Part shown: positions 58,525-64,000 of the stretch, one piece after another
Layout: each line of letters starts with the position of its first letter
Position numbering within the stretch: position 1 is the first letter of the stretch
Assembly: GCA_964202905.1 (NCBI GenBank)
Contig: CAXNJO010000001.1
Span: 736,001-800,000 of the forward strand
Source: Polyangiales bacterium
GTDB taxonomy: Bacteria; Myxococcota_A; Polyangia; Polyangiales; JADJQN01
Reading direction: 5' to 3'
DNA: 64,000 nt
Made by a program: the position numbers and the translations under genes
The notes under the pieces: generated by a model
Databases searched by the model: none
What the model saw: the letters and a program-made list of their open reading frames with translations, nothing else
Told to the model about the DNA's origin: nothing

Positions 58525-59433
58525 ATGCGCTCCTACCAGCGAAGTCATCTGCGCGCGCTCGAGGACGAGTCCGTCCACATCCTCCGCGAGCTCGCGGCCG
58601 AGCGCGAGCGCCCGGTGCTGCTCTTCTCCGGCGGCAAGGACTCGATCGTCCTCCTGCGCCTTGCGGAGAAGGCGTTTCGCCCCGCGCGCTTCCCGTTCCC
58701 GCTCATGCACGTCGACACCGGGCACAACTTCGACGAGGTGATCGCCTTCCGCGACCGCCGCGTGCAGGAGCTCGGCGAGCGCCTCGTCGTCGCGAGCGTG
58801 CAGAAGTCGATCGACGACGGCCGCGCCACGGAGGAGACGGGCCCGCGCGCCTCGCGCAACCGCCTGCAGACGGTGACGCTGCTCGACGCCATCGAGGAGC
58901 ACGGCTTCGACGCGGCGATCGGCGGCGCGCGCCGCGACGAAGAAAAGGCCCGCGCGAAGGAGCGCATCTTCTCGCACCGCGACGAGTTCGGGCAGTGGGA
59001 CCCGAAGAACCAGCGCCCCGAGCTCTGGTCGCTCTACAACGCGCGCGTGAAGCGCGGCGAGCATCTGCGCGTGTTCCCGCTGTCGAACTGGACGGAGCTC
59101 GACGTCTGGCAGTACGTGAAGCTCGAGGAGATCGCGCTTCCGGGCATCTACTTCTCGCACACGCGGCCCGTGTTCCGGCGCGACGGGATGCTCTACGCCG
59201 ACAACCCCTTCATGACGAAGCTGCCCGGCGAGGACGTCTTCGAGGCGCGCGTCCGCTTCCGCACCGTCGGCGACATCAGCTGCACGGGCGCGGTCGAGTC
59301 GCCCGCCGAGTCGATCGACGACGTCATCGCCGAGGTCGCCGCGGCCCGCCTCACCGAGCGCGGCGCGACGCGCGCGGACGACCGCTTCACCGAGGCCGCC
59401 ATGGAAGACCGCAAGAAGGAGGGGTACTTCTGA
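58525..59433 (+). CDS. cysD: sulfate adenylyltransferase subunit 2
   Basis: FSGGKDS, HVDTGHNF, GGARRDEEKARAKER, WDPKNQRPELW, RFRTVGD, MEDRKKEGYF. Confidence 0.97.
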   Translation: MRSYQRSHLRALEDESVHILRELAAERERPVLLFSGGKDSIVLLRLAEKAFRPARFPFPLMHVDTGHNFDEVIAFRDRRVQELGERLVVASVQKSIDDGRATEETGPRASRNRLQTVTLLDAIEEHGFDAAIGGARRDEEKARAKERIFSHRDEFGQWDPKNQRPELWSLYNARVKRGEHLRVFPLSNWTELDVWQYVKLEEIALPGIYFSHTRPVFRRDGMLYADNPFMTKLPGEDVFEARVRFRTVGDISCTGAVESPAESIDDVIAEVAAARLTERGATRADDRFTEAAMEDRKKEGYF

Positions 59434-60716
59434 TGGAGCACCTCCACGACCCCGCGGACGAGTCGATCGAGCTGCTGCGCTTCTCCACCGCGGGCAGCGT
59501 CGACGACGGCAAATCCACGCTGATCGGCCGCCTGCTCTACGACACCAAGACCATCTTCGAAGACCAGCTCGCGGCCGTCGAGGACGTCTCCCGCCGCCGC
59601 GGCGACGAGCGCACCAACCTCGCGCTCCTCACGGATGGCCTGCGCGCCGAGCGCGAGCAGGGCATCACCATCGACGTCGCGTACCGCTACTTCGCGACGC
59701 CGCGCCGCAAGTTCATCATCGCCGACACGCCCGGCCACGTGCAGTACACGCGCAACATGGTGACGGGCGCCTCGACGGCGAACCTCTCCATCATCCTCGT
59801 CGACGCGCGCCACGGGCTCGTCGAGCAGTCGCGGCGGCACGCGTACATCGCGTCGCTGCTGCGCATCCCGCACCTCGTGTTCGCCGTGAACAAGATGGAC
59901 CTCGTCGGCTACTCGGAGGAGCAGTTCCGGCGCATCGAGGCCGAGTTCCGCAACTTCGCGGCGCGCCTCGACGTGCAGGACATCACCTTCATCCCGATGA
60001 GCGCGCTCAACGGCGACAACGTCGTCGAGCGCTCGGCGAACATGCCGTGGTTCCAGGGCGCGCCGCTGCTCTACCACCTCGAGACGGTGCACATCGCGAG
60101 CGACCGCAACATGGTCGACGTGCGCTTCCCGGTGCAGTGGGTGATCCGGCCGCAGTCCGACGAACACCACGACTACCGCGGCTACGCGGGCACGCTGGCG
60201 GGCGGCGTGCTCAAGCCCGGCGACGACGTGGTCGTGCTGCCGAGCGGCATGACGACGAAGGTCGCGCGTATCGAGACGCACGACGGCCCGCTCGACGCGG
60301 CCTTCCCGCCGATGAGCGTCGTCGTGCACCTCGAGGACGACGTCGACGTGTCGCGCGGCGACATGATCTGCCGCCCGAACAACCAGCCCGTCGTCGCGCA
60401 GGAGCTCGACGCGATGATCTGCTGGATGAGCGAGAAGCCGCTCGCCGTGAAGAACCGCTACGCGATCAAGCACACGACGCGGAGCGCGCGCGCCGTCGTG
60501 AGCGAGCTCGCCTACAAGCTCGACGTGAACACGGGGCACCGCGTCGAGGGCGCAGCGACGCTCGGCCCGAACGACCTCGGTCGCGTCCGCCTGCGCACGA
60601 CCGCGCCGATCCTGCACGACGCCTACCGCCGCAACCGCACGACGGGCAGCTTCATCCTCGTCGACGAGGCGACGAACAACACCGTCGCCGCCGGGATGCT
60701 CCTCACCGACGGCTGA
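59433..60716 (+). CDS. cysN: sulfate adenylyltransferase subunit 1 (no fused CysC)
   Basis: TGATG coupling; GSVDDGKST, EREQGITIDVAYRYF, DTPGH, NKMD, TGSFILVDE. Confidence 0.97.
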   Translation: MEHLHDPADESIELLRFSTAGSVDDGKSTLIGRLLYDTKTIFEDQLAAVEDVSRRRGDERTNLALLTDGLRAEREQGITIDVAYRYFATPRRKFIIADTPGHVQYTRNMVTGASTANLSIILVDARHGLVEQSRRHAYIASLLRIPHLVFAVNKMDLVGYSEEQFRRIEAEFRNFAARLDVQDITFIPMSALNGDNVVERSANMPWFQGAPLLYHLETVHIASDRNMVDVRFPVQWVIRPQSDEHHDYRGYAGTLAGGVLKPGDDVVVLPSGMTTKVARIETHDGPLDAAFPPMSVVVHLEDDVDVSRGDMICRPNNQPVVAQELDAMICWMSEKPLAVKNRYAIKHTTRSARAVVSELAYKLDVNTGHRVEGAATLGPNDLGRVRLRTTAPILHDAYRRNRTTGSFILVDEATNNTVAAGMLLTDG

Positions 60717-60769
60717 GCACGCCGCGCGTCTCGCGCGTTTGCGCGGGACGCTGTGATACCGTCGCGGCC

Positions 60770-61354
60770 ATGCGTCGCCTCGCCGCCGTGCTGCTCGTCT
60801 CGCTCGCGCTCGTCACCGCGCCGAACGTGTCCGCGCCGCGCGCCTCCGCGCAGGACGCGCCGGCCGCGACGACGGGCACCACGCCGTATGCCGAGGCGTG
60901 CGCGGACGGGCTCGGCAAGCTGCGCTCTGGGGACGCGGACGGCGCGGTCGCGGCGCTGCGGCGCGCGGTGCAGCTCGAGCAGGGCCGGCCGCTCGGCTTC
61001 TACTATCTCGGCGAGGCGCTGCGCGTGCAGCGCAACTACGCGGATTCGCTCGAGATGTTCCGCACGGCGTCGCGGCTCGCGCGCGCAGCGGGCGACACGC
61101 GGCTCGAGGCGCGGTCGCTGCAAGGTGTCGCCGACACGCTCGAGCGCATCGAGGGCAAGCGCAACGAGGCGCGCGCGGCGTGGGCCGAGTACCTCGTCTT
61201 TGCGAATGCCAATGCGGAGGTCGCGTTCCCCGCGCTCGCCAACGCGCGCATCCAGGCGCTCGACACCGTGCGCGAGCTCGACGAGACGTACGCCGATGTC
61301 CGCGAGCGCATCGCCATCCGCGCCCGCGAGGCCGCTCGTCCCGCGACGCCCTGA
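60770..61354 (+). CDS. exported TPR-like protein
   Basis: Signal peptide (ASA-Q), helical repeats with YYLGEAL; extended -10 TGaTACCGT 7 nt before ATG. Confidence 0.75.
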   Translation: MRRLAAVLLVSLALVTAPNVSAPRASAQDAPAATTGTTPYAEACADGLGKLRSGDADGAVAALRRAVQLEQGRPLGFYYLGEALRVQRNYADSLEMFRTASRLARAAGDTRLEARSLQGVADTLERIEGKRNEARAAWAEYLVFANANAEVAFPALANARIQALDTVRELDETYADVRERIAIRAREAARPATP

Positions 61355-61446
61355 TCCGCCCCGCGACGCCCTGATCCGCCCCGCTGCGCCCTGATGGGCG
61401 CGGTGGCGCGTGAGGCGCGCTGCGTGGGGTGAGGCGCGCTGCGTGG
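61341..61446. repeat. 20-bp tandem repeat (about 2.7 copies, includes the stop codon) followed by a 19-bp-period duplication
   Basis: CCGCGACGCCCTGATCCGCC at 61341 and 61361, partial at 61381; GTGAGGCGCGCTGCGTGG at 61410 and 61429. Confidence 0.85.
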
Positions 61447-61463
61447 CGTGACGCGCGGCGCGC

Positions 61464-62792
61464 TCAGTCGCGCTGGAAGAGCACGTTTTGTGTGGCGTCG
61501 TTGTCGTAGAACTGCCACGCGCGGTCGAAGGTGATCGCGCCGAAGGTGTTGATCGCGACGGCGAGCACGGCGAGCAGCCAGAAGCCCGGCCCGAAGCGCC
61601 GCCGCGAGAGCGCGAGCAGCGCGAAGAGGAAGGGCAGGTAGTCGAGCGCGAAGCGGTAGCCGAACTGGATCCAGCCGCTGTTCTGGTAGAGCAGGTTGAA
61701 CACGCACACCGCCGCGCTCGCCGCGAAGAGCCCGACCATCGTCGCGTCCACGCGCTTCGGCCAGAGCGCGGTGAGCAGGTTGGGCGTCGTCAGCCAGAGC
61801 GCGAGACCATGTCGGCTGATGGTGATGTACGGCGCTTGCGCCGAGAGCCACGGCAGCCCGGCCGCGAACACGGCGAGGTTCTTCGCGAGGTAGTGGTAGT
61901 TGAAGAGGCCCCAGCGCTCGATGCGCGCGCTCCACGCGATCTGCAGGTAGCGGTGGCCGAACTCGAACGGGTCGTGGAAGCGCGCGTGGTTCATCCACAT
62001 CGCGATCGCGCCGATCACGAGGATGGGCGCCGCGAACACCGCCACGCTGCGCAGAAGCGGCGCCAGCTGCGCGCCGCGCAGCCATACGTAGAGCTTCCGC
62101 CAGACGAGCGCGTCCTCGGGCGCCTCGGGTGCGTCGGGGCGGCGCGCGACGCGCAGCGCCTCGATCGCGAAGAAGAGCACGGCGACGGCCGTGTTCGGCC
62201 GCGTCATGAAGCAGAGGCCGAGCATCAGCCCCGCGAGCAGCGGCCGCCGCGCGTCGAGCGAGAAGAGCGCGTAGAGCAGCAGCAGGCTCACCGCGACGAC
62301 GTGCGCCGCGAACCACACCGCGCCCTGCACCGCGACGAAGAAGAACACCGTGCCGAAGGCGAAGAGCAGGCTGAGCGCGAGGTCCTCGCCCCAGCGCCGG
62401 CCGCTCGCGAAGCGCTCGCGCAGCGCGCGCAGCAGCACGTAGAGCAGGGCGGGCGCGGCCCCGGCGACGATGGCCCAGAAGAGCCGGTCGAGCGTGCGCT
62501 CCTTCCAGATCGCGACCGCGGGCAGGATGAGCACCGCGGGCACGGGCGGGAACGAGACGTACCAGCGCCCCTCGAAGAGCGCCCAGTCGTTGTTGCCCGG
62601 GGGCCGATCGCCGAGCACCGCGAGCTGCCCCTCGAGGAAGCTCAGCGCGAGGTGCACGAAGTGGTTGTCGGGCGAGGGCGTCGCGCGGCGGTCGCCGAGC
62701 ACGAGCACGTACACGAGCGCGCAGCCGACGAAGAGCGCGGCGGGGACGCCGAGGCGACGGAGGGGGGCGCTCGGGCCCGCGGCGGCTGCCAT
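61464..62792 (-). CDS. polytopic membrane protein, GT-C-like putative glycosyltransferase
   Basis: DWALFEGRWYVSFPP, TRP, NHARF.DPFEFG, QFGYRFALDY; about 10 TM; start 62792 (alternatives to 62822). Confidence 0.72.
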   Translation of the reverse strand: MAAAAGPSAPLRRLGVPAALFVGCALVYVLVLGDRRATPSPDNHFVHLALSFLEGQLAVLGDRPPGNNDWALFEGRWYVSFPPVPAVLILPAVAIWKERTLDRLFWAIVAGAAPALLYVLLRALRERFASGRRWGEDLALSLLFAFGTVFFFVAVQGAVWFAAHVVAVSLLLLYALFSLDARRPLLAGLMLGLCFMTRPNTAVAVLFFAIEALRVARRPDAPEAPEDALVWRKLYVWLRGAQLAPLLRSVAVFAAPILVIGAIAMWMNHARFHDPFEFGHRYLQIAWSARIERWGLFNYHYLAKNLAVFAAGLPWLSAQAPYITISRHGLALWLTTPNLLTALWPKRVDATMVGLFAASAAVCVFNLLYQNSGWIQFGYRFALDYLPFLFALLALSRRRFGPGFWLLAVLAVAINTFGAITFDRAWQFYDNDATQNVLFQRD

Positions 62793-62897
62793 GTCGCGCG
62801 CGAGCATAGCGGCCGGGTCCACGGGGACAAGCGCGGGCGGGAGCCCGGGAGGCGGCGCGCTTGACCGCCCCCGGACGCGGTCTTAGAAGGCCGCGCG

Positions 62898-64000
62898 ATG
62901 CACGCCTCCCCGCCCTCGCAGGCCGCCGTCGAGGCCGCCGTCTCCGCCCTCATCGACCCGACCTTCGAGCGGCCGCTCGGCGAGCTCGGCCTCATCGACG
63001 AGGTGCGCATCGAGCCCCGTGACGCCGGCGAGGCCGCGTCGGCGGAGGCGGGCGTGCGCGCGCACCTGCGGCTGCGGCTCGTCGCGCCGAGCGACGCGCA
63101 CAAGGCCCGCGTCGAGGCCGCGGCGCGGGAGGCGCTCGCGCTGCTCGGCGTCGCGGAGGTCGTCGTCGCGTGGGAGCTCGCGGTGCCGATGCGCTCGCTC
63201 ACCGGCGAAGATCCCGTCCCCGGCGTGAAGAACGTCGTGCTCGTGATGAGCGGCAAGGGCGGCGTCGGCAAGAGCACCTGCGCCGCGAACCTCGCGCTCG
63301 CGCTGCAGCGCGCGGGCGCGCGCGTCGGCCTGCTCGACGCTGACGTGTACGGGCCGAGCGTGCCGACGATGTTCGGCCTCGAGGGCGGGCACCCGACGAG
63401 CGGCGACGGCGTGCACATCGACCCGCTCGAGCGCTTCGGCGTGAAGCTCATGAGCATCGGCTTCCTCGTCGAGGACGCGAAGCAGGCGGTCGTCTGGCGC
63501 GGACCGATGCTCTCGGGCGCGCTGACGCAGTTCCTGAAGGACGTCGACTGGGGGCGCCTCGACTACCTCCTGCTCGATCTGCCGCCCGGCACCGGGGACG
63601 TCGCGCTCACGCTCGCGCAGCGCGTGAAGGTCACGGGCGCGGTGATGGTGACGACGCCGCAGGAGGTCGCGCTCGTCGACGTCTACAAGGCCGTGTCGAT
63701 GTGCGAGAAGCTCTCGCTCCCGGTGCTCGGCGTCGTCGAGAACATGAGCTACTTCGTCGACACCGCGGGCGTGCGGCACGACCTCTTCGGCAAGGGCGGG
63801 GGCGAGAAGATCGCCGAGTTCGCGAAGGCGCCGCTCCTCGGCCAGGTGCCGATCGAGCAGGCCGTCCGCGAGTGGGGCGACAAGGGCACGCCCATCGTGC
63901 AGGCCGCGCCCGGCAGCGCGAGCGCGCTCGCCTTCGCAGAGATCGCCGACAAACTCGCGCGCAGCCTCGCCGTCGCGCAGTGGAAGCGCAGCGGCGGCGC
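62898..64000 (+). CDS. mrp: Mrp/NBP35 (ApbC) Fe-S cluster carrier ATPase, 3' end outside window
   Basis: Not in ORF track. Manual translation: GVKNVVLVMSGKGGVGKST, DADVYGPS, WRGPM, DLPPGTGD, VTTPQ, GVVENMS. Confidence 0.95.
   Translation, partial: MHASPPSQAAVEAAVSALIDPTFERPLGELGLIDEVRIEPRDAGEAASAEAGVRAHLRLRLVAPSDAHKARVEAAAREALALLGVAEVVVAWELAVPMRSLTGEDPVPGVKNVVLVMSGKGGVGKSTCAANLALALQRAGARVGLLDADVYGPSVPTMFGLEGGHPTSGDGVHIDPLERFGVKLMSIGFLVEDAKQAVVWRGPMLSGALTQFLKDVDWGRLDYLLLDLPPGTGDVALTLAQRVKVTGAVMVTTPQEVALVDVYKAVSMCEKLSLPVLGVVENMSYFVDTAGVRHDLFGKGGGEKIAEFAKAPLLGQVPIEQAVREWGDKGTPIVQAAPGSASALAFAEIADKLARSLAVAQWKRSGG

Overview
Very GC-rich chromosomal segment from a myxobacterium (Myxococcota, most like Polyangiales/Sandaracinaceae). 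The assignment rests on many lipoproteins, Ser/Thr kinases, PEGA, AgmX/PglI-like, TSP3-OmpA and MYXO-CTERM-like proteins. About 58 genes or gene remnants are supported; most other long ORFs in the supplied track are shadow frames. Housekeeping genes include gluQ (cut by the window start), a DnaQ-like exonuclease, gloB, rsmD-coaD, a PIN-PhoH protein, a cystathionine gamma-synthase/lyase, tcdA, ccmC-ccmD, an acyl-CoA dehydrogenase, nadB, sulP-cysD-cysN and mrp (cut by the window end). I saw no rRNA, tRNA, CRISPR array, transposase or integrase. The most interesting signals are: (1) a divergent three-gene envelope module (signal-peptide fibre-like protein with four 53-aa repeats, a small lipoprotein, and a TraB-like barrel/TSP3/OmpA protein); (2) a recurring TAnnnT -10 box 6-9 nt before start codons, suggesting widespread leaderless mRNAs; (3) a dispersed hairpin motif CTGAATCGCCATTCA that forms a 62-bp tandem array, supplies the coaD stop codon and also occurs inside a CDS; (4) an AAA_14/DUF4143 ATPase with three 32-bp dyad-containing repeats next to a decapitated tatD; (5) a surface-sorted M15/LAS-like peptidase coupled to a GT-C gene; (6) an exported atypical-kinase-fold lipoprotein. 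Several single-base frameshifts could be assembly errors or true pseudogenisation. All family assignments come from motif recognition by eye, not from database searches.
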